A stretch of 36,304 bases of DNA from Fonticula alba ATCC 38817 (taxonomy: Eukaryota > Protista > Nucleariida). Positions within the stretch are counted from its first letter, which is position 1; each line of letters starts with the position of its first letter. Made by a program: the position numbers and the translations under genes. The notes under the pieces were generated by a model that worked only from the letters and a program-made list of their open reading frames with translations, was not told the DNA's origin and did no database searches. Below are positions 8,850-20,228 of this stretch, in pieces. The stretch is taken from NCBI GenBank assembly GCA_000388065.2, contig KB932217.1. One strand, written 5' to 3'.

Positions 8850-10727
8850 TCATGATGTGGGGGAAGCACAGCCATCTACCGTCTGGCCGAGGAGCAGGTT
8901 TACCCGGACCGCCCAGCGGCCATCCAGGGCCACCCTGCAATGATCCAGGTCCAGGGGGGCATCGGCCGTCGGGCAGAGGCGGCCCCCTGGGGAGGGGAGG
9001 CGCAGGGCAAAGGCAAAGGCGGCCCGCTTGGACCGGCCACCGCCGAAGGGGTACTCATGGCAGACGAGGAAATCCTCATGGAGCGAGAGAGCCCGCCGGC
9101 CGTGGATCATCAGGCGCTGGGGGTTGATCAGGTTCTCAAAGTCCGGTCCCTGAAGGCAGGGGGGTGAGGAAGGAGGGGCGATCAGGAGAGGGAGCAGAGA
9201 GCGGAGAGGGGGCAGAGAGTGGAGAGGTCAGAGAGGTCAGAGGTCAGAGAGGTCAGAGAGGTCAGAGAGGTCAGAGAGGTCAGAGAGGTCAGAGAGCAAA
9301 GAGAGCAGAGAGCAAAGATAGCAAAGAGAGCAGAGAGCAGAGAGAGGGAGAGAGAGAGAGAGAGAGAGACAAGGTGGGGCTTCGGTCAGGGACCAGAAAC
9401 ACGGTGTGCTAGCGCGCAGAGGCGCCAGGGGAAAGAGCGGCCGGGCAGCGCGCCACGCACATGATAGGCCTCCGGCTTGCAGGCCTCCCGGAAGACCGTG
9501 GCAGTTCCCTTGCGGGGATTGCAGAACACGGTTAGCGGGCCGCCGGCAGGCAGGTTCCGGAAGGGCGAGGCAAGTGACGAGGGAGGGACCGACTCCGGGA
9601 CATCGAAGCGAAAGACGTCGCCATTCATGAAGGACCGGGCTGCCACATCATCCTCGAAGAGGGGCAGGGGGATCTGAATGAAAAAAATGCGGCGGCGGGG
9701 AGTTTCGGGGATCGCGCGCAGAGCAGGGACACCGGCGTGAGTGGAGTGGAAGCAGCAGAGCGCCCCCCTGGCGGCCGGATTCAAAGCCTGCGCGCGGGGA
9801 GAAGCCCAGAGGGCGGCACACGGCCAGGCGCCCAAATGGGCCACGGGAAGGAAGAACAGGGACAAAGGGGGGTCACGTACATGGGCCAGGTCCAGGGGCT
9901 GGGCTGTCGACTGGGCGAGGTTGACCAGGTACCCGGAACGCGTGGCCGAGTCCACCAGCAGGGCCTCGCCAGGGGTGGTGGTCATTTGAAAGGTGGCGCC
10001 CGGGCGGATGCCCCGCTTGAGGATGGTCCCCGTGAGCAGGGCGAGCGGAGCATCCGGCCCCCCGGCGCCCAGCGGGCGGGACCAGTCCACCAGCAAGAGG
10101 CAGCCATTGACGATGACGACCAGGAGCCGGTGGCCATGGGCCGCGAGCATGGCACACGACCGGGCCCCGGCCAGCTGGCATGCCCTGGTGCAGGCGGGCG
10201 TGATGCCTGCCGGGCGGGGGTCTCCCTGCCACCGGTGCCGAGCGAAGGCGCGGATCTTGGTGGTGGTGCTCGGGTGAATGCCAAGACACTGCATGCAGTG
10301 GCTCACCGACGACACCACCGCCATGGTGGAGCCATGCGGGCCTTGGCCCAGGCGGTGGAATGCGAAGTCCACCTGCATGGTGCCCATGTCAATGCGCACC
10401 GTGCCGCGGTGAACGGAAAGGCAACCGACCAGGTCCCTGTCGGTGGTCAGCTGGCGACGATCTTTTCGTTAGCGAACAGTGCGCCCGCCTCCCGGAGCAA
10501 GGGGTGAAGGGCAAAGCAGATGAAGGCAGCACAGCGAGCGGGCGCGCTTGATGTTCCCTGACCAGGGCCACGAGCCAGTCGCCCGGGGAAGCCACTCGCC
10601 CGGGGGGGTAGGCATGGTCATCTGCAGGGGGCCGTGACACACAGGCACACAGGTGGGCCCGGCGGGGATGCGCACACGCCTGGAGCGCACGGCGGAATGG
10701 CGCCGGTGCATGCGCCTCGCCCGACAT
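8850..10727 (-). CDS. Spliced hypothetical protein, ~470-485 aa; exons (minus) ~10727-10563 (tentative), 10450-9461, 9149-8850
   Basis: Long protein-like frame (LAAHGHRLLVVIVNGCLLLVDWSRP...). Donor CAT|GTGCGT at 9460 and acceptor CTTCAG at 9150 join in phase 0 (EAYH|GPDFENLINPQRLMIHG); TGA at 8852-8850. Upstream branch GCTAAC ~10470 and acceptor GCCAG at 10451; donor CTG|GTCAGG at 10562 and ATG at 10727 fit the phase. A further 54-nt in-frame intron (10675-10622) is possible, so the 5' end is uncertain. No family recognised. Confidence 0.7.
9222..9295 (-). repeat. 8x 9-bp tandem repeat (GAGAGGTCA on plus = TGACCTCTC on minus) inside the 311-nt intron 9150-9460, within a long purine (plus) / pyrimidine (minus) tract ~9185-9370
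   Basis: GGTCA at 9226, 9235, 9242, 9251, 9260, 9269, 9278 and 9287. Confidence 0.92.
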
Positions 10728-12640
10728 GAACGACGGCGGAGGGGGAGGCCCAGGCGGAGCAGCCGACAGCAGCGCGATGGCAGAGAAGAGAAAGAACAGA
10801 GGGCAGGCCGGGGGACGGGGTGCGTATGAGCCGGCCTCGCGGCGCCCTCGGGCGGCGGCGTTTGTAGGCCCCCCGGCGGGACTGCCGGGCGGGCATCCAG
10901 CCATGAGCCCCCGGCCTGTGGGCCAGGCACATCCGGAGCTCCCGACATGCTGGGGGCTGGCTGGGGCAGCCACCGCGCGCCAGGGCAGGGCACACACTTG
11001 CGGGAGATCGCCCTCCGGAGGGCGGGGGGGAGGCTGTCGACCGGTCTGACGGCCCGAGTGGCCCCCCCCTCAAGCGGCCCGAGTGGCTGGTGGCAGGCGC
11101 ACTTTGCGGGCCGGGCCGGGCCAACCTGAAGGGGAGGCGCTACGTCCGACCTGTGCAGCCCGTGGCCGAGGCGCGGCCGCGGGAGACCCCCCTTGTTGGG
11201 GATCTTCAGCGTGAGCGTCCATCGGCCGGGCATGGGCGCGTGCGTGGGTCGGAAGGCAGGGGCCCGGGTGTTCCCGACCGCCTCCCGGCCGGATGGGGTC
11301 TCGGGCGTGAGGACCGATCCAAAGCACGGGCGCCAGCCTCACCCCCGGGGAGAGGTCTCGCGCGTACACCTGGCAGCCCCTTCTTGGAGGCTCAGCGGGG
11401 CCGGCGGTGAGGGCTGCCTGAGCGGGGCAAGTTCGCTCGACGCCCCTACCTTTCGTCCCCGGGAGACTCGGAGAGTGTGCGCGGCAGTGTCCGGGCCGGA
11501 CCGAGGGCGGCTCGCATGCCGATACAACTGTCGCCCCTTGCGCTGCGCGATCTCCCCTGATGGCAAGGTCGCCGGAAGAGAAAAAAAAAAACAAACAAGC
11601 CGGCACCGACGTGGCAGGAGCGCGATAGGCGGCCCGGCGAGCCGCGTGCGTTGGCAGTGCGCTGGTCACACGCGCGATCACAGGGCGCGACATGGCGGTG
11701 TTCTTCCCTCCACGCCCCGCGCGTGCCAACACCGGAGTCACGCGGCCTCGCGCCAACTGGCCAACTCGTGCCCGGGCTTCGGGATAATAGCCCGCCGATC
11801 GGGGGCCTGTTTATGACGCCGCCGCCCGGGCCCGACATGCCGCCGGATGGGGCGTGGCGCGCGAGCCCGTGGGCGGCCCGGCCTCCGCTCCTGCCCCCCG
11901 TGGGGGGGGGGGGTTCTAACGCGCCGACGCCCCACCATGCATGCTCGTACGACCGGCGCTGGCGGGGGAAGGTGCCCCCTCGGGCGGGCGGCCACACACA
12001 CACGAGGCCGGCGCATGGTTGCCTGGCTGCGGGGTCCGGAAGGGGGAGGAGCGGGGGCCGAGACTCGGGGTCCGTCTGTCGGGATGGAGTCGCGAAAGGG
12101 TCATCCTCGTGGTCGGTGCCGGGCCGGCGCCACGACACGGCCACATATCCGGGCGGGAGGGGCCTCTCCCCTTACAGATGGAAGGGGCTGTGTGATGCAA
12201 TGTGCGCGGGCCCCCTTGGGAGTCGGGGCAGGCCCCCTTTTTGTGGGGCGGAGGCCGCTCCTCGGGAGGGCAGAGGGGGGGCCATGATTGTGGACTCCGG
12301 CCCGGCTGGATTCCGCTTCCCGGGCCTGACTCGATGATGGCATGCACTTGCGATGCTATGTGGCCCGAGAGATATGAAGGGTCATAGGACCGGGCGTGAC
12401 CTGGCCGGGCTTTGTTGCTTGCGAAGTCCACGGGGAGATCGGGCGGCGGGTGGCGCGCCGTGTGGGCCAAGGGCATCCGCTCGCCGCCAGGGAGGGGCCG
12501 GGGCGGGGGGACACCGGCGGCGCACCCGGCCCGCTCGGGGCGCACGCCGCAGGGAAGTGGCATGTGCCCCCGGGTGGGCGCGTGCGCGTGGCGCCCCTCG
12601 GTGCTTTTCCCCGCCAGCCCGTGTGGCGCCCGGCCAGGGC

Positions 12641-12647
12641 TATTTAA
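12641..12647 (+). promoter_or_regulatory. Candidate TATA-like element (TATTTAA) upstream of paralog B
   Basis: Rare AT-rich island 233 bp before ATG 12874, followed by (CT)n at 12742-12760. Position-based inference only. Confidence 0.4.
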
Positions 12648-12741
12648 GGGCGCGCGGCCGGGGATGTTGTCCGGACAGCCGCCCCACCTTGGGAAGCAAC
12701 AAAAACACCCGCGTCTTCCCCCATAATCAAGCAGTACACTA

Positions 12742-12760
12742 CTCTCTCTCTCTCTCTCTC
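12742..12760. repeat. (CT)n microsatellite in the leader of paralog B
   Basis: Direct reading. Confidence 0.95.
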
Positions 12761-12873
12761 GCCCGCGCCCCCGCACACCCCGCCTCCGACGCCGCCGCCG
12801 CCGCCGCGCCCGCTGCCTGCCACACGCGCCCTGCTGTGCAGCACCGACCCCGAGCATATACCACCGCCTGGAC

Positions 12874-15800
12874 ATGGCGGTCGGCAGTGCCCTCGGCCTG
12901 GTGGCCGGCCTGCTGGCATGGATGCTGACCATGCCGGTGGAGCTGGCCCGCGGCCAGATGCCCCCGCCCTCGGGGCTGCCGAACATCTACCTCCACCGGT
13001 CCATGGGGTCCCTCATGCGGGGCACGGGCCGGGTGGATGTGGTCACCGCGCCGGGGCAGGCCTCGGTGACGTTCAAGCTGAATGGCCCGACAACGATGGA
13101 GATCTACGACCAGCGGGACGCGCTGGACATCCTGCCGGACTACCGGGTCGGGTCCTTCTTCGGGCCGGTGCCGCGAGAGACGCTGGAGTGCCCGCGAAGT
13201 GGCGTCGACCCGGCCAGCACCAGCATCATGGCTTTGCCGGTGACCGGGAGCCCGACCCCGGCCCTGGTGCAGCATACCGACCAGTGGGTGGCGCTGTTTG
13301 AGTCGCCGATGGAACACCCGCTGCCGGGGCCGGCCACGCAACTGCTGCGCGGCCTGGCCGCGGCCGTGGACGATGTGGACCTGGTCGGGGTGACGGACAT
13401 CCCGGGCCAGTCGCGGCAGGGGGAGCTGTTCCTCGGCCGGCTGACGTCGGCCGGGCTGGCCGTGCGGCCGGTCGGCATGACGGTGGCCCTGCCGGTGCTC
13501 ACGGCCACCGGGACCCGGCGGCACTTCTACGTGGCCGAGTCGGACGCCCTGCACAGCATCGCCCTGCAGGAGGACGGCACGGCCGTGGTGGATACCATGC
13601 TGCTGTCGGACACCGTCATCAGCATGGTGACCACGCGGCTGGTGTCGACGGTGGCCCAGTGCCCGGACCATGCGGACGTGGTGCTGGCCACGGCCGACGG
13701 CCGGCTGAGGGTCTTCCCCTGCCACGGGGGCAGCCAGCCCGGGCCCGAGCTCGAGGGCGAGGTGCCGGAGTGGCAGCTCTGGGTGCAGGACAGCCTGGTG
13801 GCCGTGGGGCCGGCCTCGCTGGACCAACTGTCCGGGTTCTTCCTCTACCAGTCCCCCGGGCAGGATGGCTTCGACCGGCCATACGTTTGGCGGGTGAGCG
13901 TCAGCCCGGATGGGGGGGACCTGCTCTGGCAGTGGATGGTCATCAGCGGCGGCACCGAGGTGAGACGGAATGCGCTGGGCAAGTTCCGGACATCGGAGAC
14001 CGGGCTCTCGGACTGGCTGATGGTGAGCTACAACCAGGTGTACTTCGACTCGGCCACCTTTCAGTGCTCCACCGATGAGAGCATCATTTGCGACGGGCCG
14101 AGCTACACCGACACATTCGGGGCCTTCGACTGCATCGAGGGCCATGGCGTGTCGTACTTTGCCCGGCCCGACCAGATATGCGGTGGCTGTGGCCCTCGCT
14201 GGTATTTGGACCGTCCGCCAGGTGCGCGCTGTCCCCCGGGGGGGGGGGGGAGCTGCTGGACGTGTGTGTGTGTGTGTGCCCGGCTCGGCGTGGGTCTGGC
14301 GGCTGAGGGATGCTAACGAGCGAGACACGGTGTGGCGCGTCGTCGACGGGCCGACCCCGGGGGCCGGCTCGGGCGCCGGGGCGGGGGTGCTGCACGAAAA
14401 AACACACATACGGAAAAAAAAAACCAGGCGAGCCGCCATTCAGCCAGCCCGAGCACGAGTGCAAGCGCTGCGACGAGGACAGCTGCTGGACCTGCAATCG
14501 CCAGGGCTGCCTGGTGTGCGATAGTACACGGATTCCGGAGTACAGCGGCCCCGGCGGCCGGGTGGTCTGCCGGCAGGGCGGCTGCTCGCCGGGGTTCCAC
14601 CTGGTGGCCGGGGTGTGCCAGGCCGAAGGGCCGGCCCTGCCGGTCATGCGCATCAGCCCGCCGGAGGTGGAGACCCTGCCCGGGCTGGACCCGGGCATCC
14701 CGGTGACGGCGCTGGCGGCCACGCGGCTGACCGTGGACCCGGTGTCCGGGGGGCCGGTGGTACCGGCGGTCGGAGGCACCGGGACCGACCCGGGCATGGT
14801 GCTCCTGCTGCAGGCCGGGCCCCAGGCCCGGGCATGGCTCATGCCCAATGGGGCCATCGGCCAGCCGGGCAAGGCCCCGCTGCAGCCGGTGGCCCTCCTG
14901 AGCGGCCCGCTGCCGGCGGATGTGGTGGCCGTGGCCGAGGTCGGGCCCTTCCTGGAGGATGGCGGCCAGCTGCTGCTGGGGCTGGCGCTGTGCGACCGCC
15001 AGGGCACCGTGTATGAGGCGTGGCTGGAGTGCACGTCCGGGCAGGCGGACGGGTCGGCGCCATGTGCGGCCGCCGGCGGCCCGGCCGTCCTGACGCCCCT
15101 GCTGCAGGGCACCGGCTGTGTGGACCTCCAGGTCCAGGCGACCACCGGCCGGCATGTGGTCATGCTGTCGGACCAGGCCCAGGGGGCGGCCCTGCTGGAG
15201 GCCGATCCGGCCGGCCGGCGGCTGCTGGCCACCCGGGTGCCGATGGATGGCATGGTGGTGCTGCCGGGGCCCGGGGGCCCGGATGGCCGCGTGGCCGACC
15301 CGGCCGTGGGCGACTGGCTGGTGGGCACCAGCGCCGGGGACCTGCCCTCGGCCATGCCCACGCGCTTGCCGGTGTGGGATTCCCGGTGGAGCTACCTGGT
15401 GGGCCGGTTCATTCGGGGCGTTGCCACCTGGCCGGATGTGCTGGTGCCGGTGGTCCTGCCGGCCGGCGGGGGCTTCCCGCTGGAGCTGGTGTTCGTGTCC
15501 ACGAAGGAGGACCAGTGGCGGGTGGTTCGCGCGCCGGGCGAAATGCAGCCCACCGGCGCGACCATGTGGCTGGCATCCAGCATGCAGGTTTTGATGGAGA
15601 CCCTGCCCCTGCCGGTGCCGCAGCTGCCGGTCAGCACGCTGAATGTCCGGGCCCAGGGGCTGCACATCCCCGGGTCGGCCACATACCCGAGTGCCTTGCT
15701 GCTGCAGGCGCACACCATGCTCGGGGTGTCGCTGCTCCGGTGCCCGGGCGACCGGGTCCTGTGCAGCTTCCTGCCGGCCGTGGTGCTGGAGCTGCCGGCG

Positions 15801-16643
15801 GCATTCCAGGTGCCCTCCGACAAGCGGCTTTGGCAGGTGGCCATCCCGCGGGCAGGTGGCCCGGCTCCCGGGCCCGGGGCCGAGGGCACCGTGCCGGTCG
15901 TCTCGCTGCTGGGCTTTTCCGAGGCCACCGGGCCGGTGCATGTGCGCCTGGGGGCCGACTGCCCGGCCGGCACCTTCGGGCCGGCCTGCGAGCCATGCCA
16001 CCCGGACTGCCAGCAGGCGTGCACCGGCCCCGGGCCCGGGGATTGCGTCTGCGCCTTCTGGCTGCCGGAGGACCCGGCCGTGTGTCTGGCGGCCTGCCCG
16101 GCCGGGACCTACAGCGACTGGGGCGCCTGCCGGGGCTGCCATGCGTCGTGCGCCGAGTGCACCGGGCCCGAGGCCGGGGCGTGCACCGCATGCGCGCCGG
16201 GGCTCGTGCTGGAGGATGGCCACTGTGTGGTGGCCTGTGGGGCCGGGGAGTATGCGTGTGCCTCCGCGTGCCTGCCCTGCCCGGGAGAGTGCGCCAGCTG
16301 CGAGGCGGCCAGCGGCAGCGGCCCGGGCTGCGAGGCCGTGTGCACCGGCTGCAAGCCGGGCTTTGTCCTGGTGGGCGACGAGTGTGTGGCGGAGGTCTGC
16401 CCGGTGGGGGAGTTCCTGCCGCCGGGCTCGGACACGTGCGCCCAGTGCCACTGCACCTGCCGGGCATGCGCCGGCGGCGCCGAGCCCGACAAGTGCACCT
16501 CCTGTCCGAAGGGCTTCCACCTGTCGGAGGAGGGCCGGTGCCGGGTGTCCTGCCTGCCGGGGGGCCTGTGCCCCGGCCGCGTGGCCGAGGTGCTGCTGGT
16601 GCATCTACTTTGCTGGGCTCGGAAGTTCGGCGGCGGCCACTGA
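12874..16643 (+). CDS. Paralog B: secreted Cys-rich protein, same architecture as A, ~1187 aa; exons 12874-14221, 14428-16643; no convincing TM, no kinase
   Basis: Leader MAVGSALGLVAGLLAWMLTMPVELARG|Q. Donor CAG|GTGCGC at 14222; branch GCTAAC 14312-14317; acceptor ACCAG at 14427. The phase-1 join YLDRPP|GEPPF aligns with A and C. Furin-like repeats from 15960; TGA at 16641-16643. Confidence 0.88.
14222..14427 (+). other. Spliceosomal intron of paralog B (206 nt, phase 1)
   Basis: GT...AG; the frame switch between ORFs 12874 and 14310 is resolved exactly by this intron. Confidence 0.88.
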
Positions 16644-17433
16644 GAGTCTGCCTTCCACATCAGACAGGGGAATATACCCGAGATGTCGCATACGGCGAGG
16701 TTGTGTGTGTGGGGGGGGGGGGGCCTCTTGCTGCTGTGTCGTGCGCGTGTGGAGTCCCCGGCGGGGGGAGGCTGGCGCCGGGGTGCGTGGGCGGGAGGGG
16801 CACCGGTATGCCGGTGGTGAGTGGCGATTTGCGGATGGCAGGAGCCGGCACCGGAGAAGCCCCCCCGGGCGGGCGGGGCGGTCTCTTTCCGCCTCCTGCT
16901 TGGGGGCGAAGGCGTAGCATGGTGGGACAACGCGCGCGCGCATGACACTCCATGCGTGGCCGGCGTGGCCCCGGGGCAGGGGTGTCCAACGTGCCGGGGC
17001 ATGACCCTTGTCCGGGCGGGGGGGGGGGAGGGGAAAGAGGGAAGGAGGGAGCCGGGGCGCGCAGCTGGTCCGGAAAAATCGCCCGGGGACCGCAACCCGG
17101 CGAAGCGGTGTGCCTGGGAGGTTGTTTTTACGCGCGGCGCGCGGCGTACTCGGCCGGCGGCTCTTTCGGCTGGGCGTAATGTGGCCAATAAAAAAGAAGC
17201 ATTTCCAGCCGACCCGGCTGCATGCCTGGGCACCCGCGCCCGGCGGGGGAGAGCTCTGGGGGCGGCCATCCGTTGGCACTTTCTCCGTGCTGCGTGTGAG
17301 GGAGGCCGCCGGGGGGGGGGCTGAGATCGGCCGGGGGCGGGGGACACTCGCCCTGGGGGTGCTTTTCAGCGGGGCTTCTGCGGCGTGTGCGCATGGACGC
17401 CCTCTTCATGCTCCTCCACCCTTCCCTCTTCTC

Positions 17434-17509
17434 TTCCACCCGCTTGTTGGTTCTTTTTGTCTCTCTCTTCCCTTCCACCCGCTTGTCGGTTCGGTTTGTC
17501 TCTCTCTTC
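17434..17509. repeat. 2x 39-bp pyrimidine-rich direct repeat (TTCCACCCGCTTGTyGGTTCkkTTTGTCTCTCTCTTC)
   Basis: Copies start at 17434 and 17473. Confidence 0.85.
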
Positions 17510-19888
17510 TTTCACTCGCTCTTTGCCTCGCCCTCTGTGGCGGCGCCAGCACCCCCTCCCTTGTGTGACCCTGCCACCGGCCGAGCGCCTGTCTCCTGCG
17601 ACTGATCTCGGCCTTGTACACGGGCCCTGGTCGGGGAGAGGGGGGGAAGGCACCGGGCGCGTGCGTGTGTGTGTGCGCATGTATGTACGAACCTACATCC
17701 ACCCATACATATGTGTGCTTGCCCACCCGGAGCGGTGCCGGGCCCGCGCGTCGGGCATGCCCGCGGTGCCGGCGCCCAGGCCGGCGGAAAGCAATGCACC
17801 GAGGGAGGTGGCAGCCACAGGGGGGACACCCTTTGGGGGACATGGGCGCGTTGCGACAATCAACAGCGCGCCGCGACGGTCGGTGCGGCTCGGTGCGGGC
17901 TTTGGGCTCTTGTGGCGAGGTGGCCCAGTGCCGGCGCCACGCGGCACCCCGGCCGCAGGAAGAGGACATGTGTATGCATGTGGTCCGGGGGCTGGATGCG
18001 GCCGTGGCGGGAGCAGTGCGAGCAATCGGGACAGCCGCTGAGGCCGAGGCGAGAGGCCCGACAGCCGTCGGCCCGGTGCCTTCCGGCATCCACCCGGGTC
18101 AAGGCCACTTGGGCAAAAGGCCCGGGGCCTCGGTGTGAGGAGCGCCGCATGGCGCCTCTGCCTGGGGAACCAATGTCGTGTGGCATGCTGGATGGCGGGC
18201 TTCAGCTTGTGCGTACCCCATGGCGGGGCCTTGTGCACCATGGGGCGACGGCCAGCGGCGCCCTTGCGCATCTGTCGTCCATGGCGATGGCCGGCTGGTC
18301 TGCTCAGCAGGCCCGGCCGCGCGCGCATGCCCCCCCCCCCCCCCCCTTACGCGACATCAGCCCCATGGGCCACGTCCAACATGTCCTCTTCCTTTCATCT
18401 CCCAAGGGGACAGGGCCCGGCTCGTGTTGATGCCCAGGGCCTGGACTGCTGTCCTGCTCGCCGGAGCGAGTGATCTACCTCCGGGACGGGGGCCGTTCCT
18501 GGCGGTGGGCCTACTCGGGCGTGCCTCGACCATGGCGCACGTCGAAGCGGGCCGGACCCTCGAGTCCCAGGTGTCCCATGGGCAGGGTGCTGGGGCCGGG
18601 CCGATCGCCGTGTCTGCCTGGGCCGGTCGGGGATGCGCCGGCCCGGTCGCCCGGCCATTGGCCCGACCTCTGAGCGCAGGCCGGCTCTCGTGCGATTCGA
18701 CCTGGCGAGCACCTTGCACGGCGCCTCCCCCGCCTTGGGGCACCAGCATGTCGGTTGGGGCGGGGAGAATCTCGTAAAAAAGGGGGCTTGTGCGACCGGG
18801 GGCCCCTCCAACGGGGTGGAGCCCAGTCGCACCGGCGCATGGGGGCAGGTCGTGCGCCATGGCCATGCTCTGGCCCCGGCCGGCGGGCCATGCTCCGGCG
18901 CGCTTGATTCCAGGGCGGCAGCCCGGCCGGCCGCGCGCCATGACCGCCAGGGGATATGGCTCGGCGGGGGCCGACTTGGCGAGGTGCCCGCCACGGGAGG
19001 AGGTGCATGGGGCATCCGGATGTGCGTGTGCGTGTGTTTCGTCGAGCATGCGTGCGCCAGGATGGCGGTGAGGGCTTGTGCCACAAGTGGCCCCGGGCGG
19101 CGGGGGAGCCCCCGCGGATGGGGCTATGGTTATGTGAGGACGACTGCGTGAGCCGGCCCGGCCTGGGAGGTCGGCGAGTGTGCGCGGCCCACTGTCGACG
19201 CGTGGGCTGTCGGGCGCGTGTGCACCCCCCACAGCAGGGCATGTGGCGCGGGATTGCCGGGGCTGCCGTCCGGGCGGAGGCCCGTGTGCAGCCGGGCGGA
19301 CCGCTCGGTCTTGTGGTGCGCATCGTGGCCGGGGATGGCCGCGGGGCCGAGGCGGGCGGCGGGTCCATCCGTGACGTCGGCGGCACGCCCTGGCACCTCC
19401 GCCGGGGGGTCGCCGCGTCGACAGTGGGATCATGTCCCTTCGCATGGGTGGCACTGGCGGAGAGACGGTGGCGGGGCAATGCCACGGGCACGGACTGGCC
19501 TGGACCGCCAGCAGGTCCGCCCCTTCCGGCCTTGGAGACAGCCAGCGGGGCCTGGCGGGTGTTGTGGAGTCGCGGCGGGGATTGGTTTGCGCCTGCGGGC
19601 TGGCTTGGGCGTGTGCCGCGTGTTGGTCCCGGTGCAGCAGGTCCCCCCGGGGGCGTGCTGCCTGGCTTGGCTGCGCGCGAGTTGGCGCCCGGCGTGGGGG
19701 CTCGGCGGTGCTTGTGCGCCTGCTGCCCCGGGCCGCCCTGACCCCGTGGCGAAGACTCGCCCCCGGAAGCGGGTCTTTGTTGGGGCGATGAGCATGGCCC
19801 AAGCACCAGGCGCCCGAGAAGGAGGCACCCTGGGGGCGGGGCCGGTCCGGCACGGGGCGAGGCCTGCTGGCCCGGTCGCACAATCCGT

Positions 19889-19975
19889 CTGTGCACTTCG
19901 GTGTGCACTTCGGTGTGCACTTCGGTGTGCACTTCGGTGTGCACTTCGGTGTGCACTTCGGTGTGCGCTCGGGTG
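19889..19975. repeat. 12-bp tandem repeat (GTGCACTTCGGT) x6 plus one degenerate copy
   Basis: GTGCAC at 19891, 19903, 19915, 19927, 19939 and 19951. Confidence 0.95.
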
Positions 19976-20160
19976 CCGCCGCCGGTGGCGGCCCCGGGGG
20001 TGTCGCGCGGATGGCTTTGGGGCCCGGCGATCACCGGCCAGCATGTGTGCTGCGGCCCTTTGGCGCCATGATCGCCGGGCGGGTGGGCCGATGAGGGCGC
20101 GCTGGCGGGCGGCTCTGTTGTTCGCACCTGGGCGTCATGTTCGCGCGTGTGTTGTCCCGC

Positions 20161-20228
20161 TGTCTCTCTCCCTCTCTCTCCCTCTCTCTCCCTCTCTCTC
20201 CCTCCCTCCCTCCTTCCCTGTCTCTCTC
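20161..20228. repeat. CT-rich tract built from (CCTCTCTCTC)n
   Basis: Direct reading. Confidence 0.9.

Noticed and set aside
9222-9295. AGGTCA-nnn-AGGTCA (DR3) nuclear-receptor response elements
   Set aside because: Nuclear receptors are animal-specific and the context is an intronic microsatellite; the match is coincidental.
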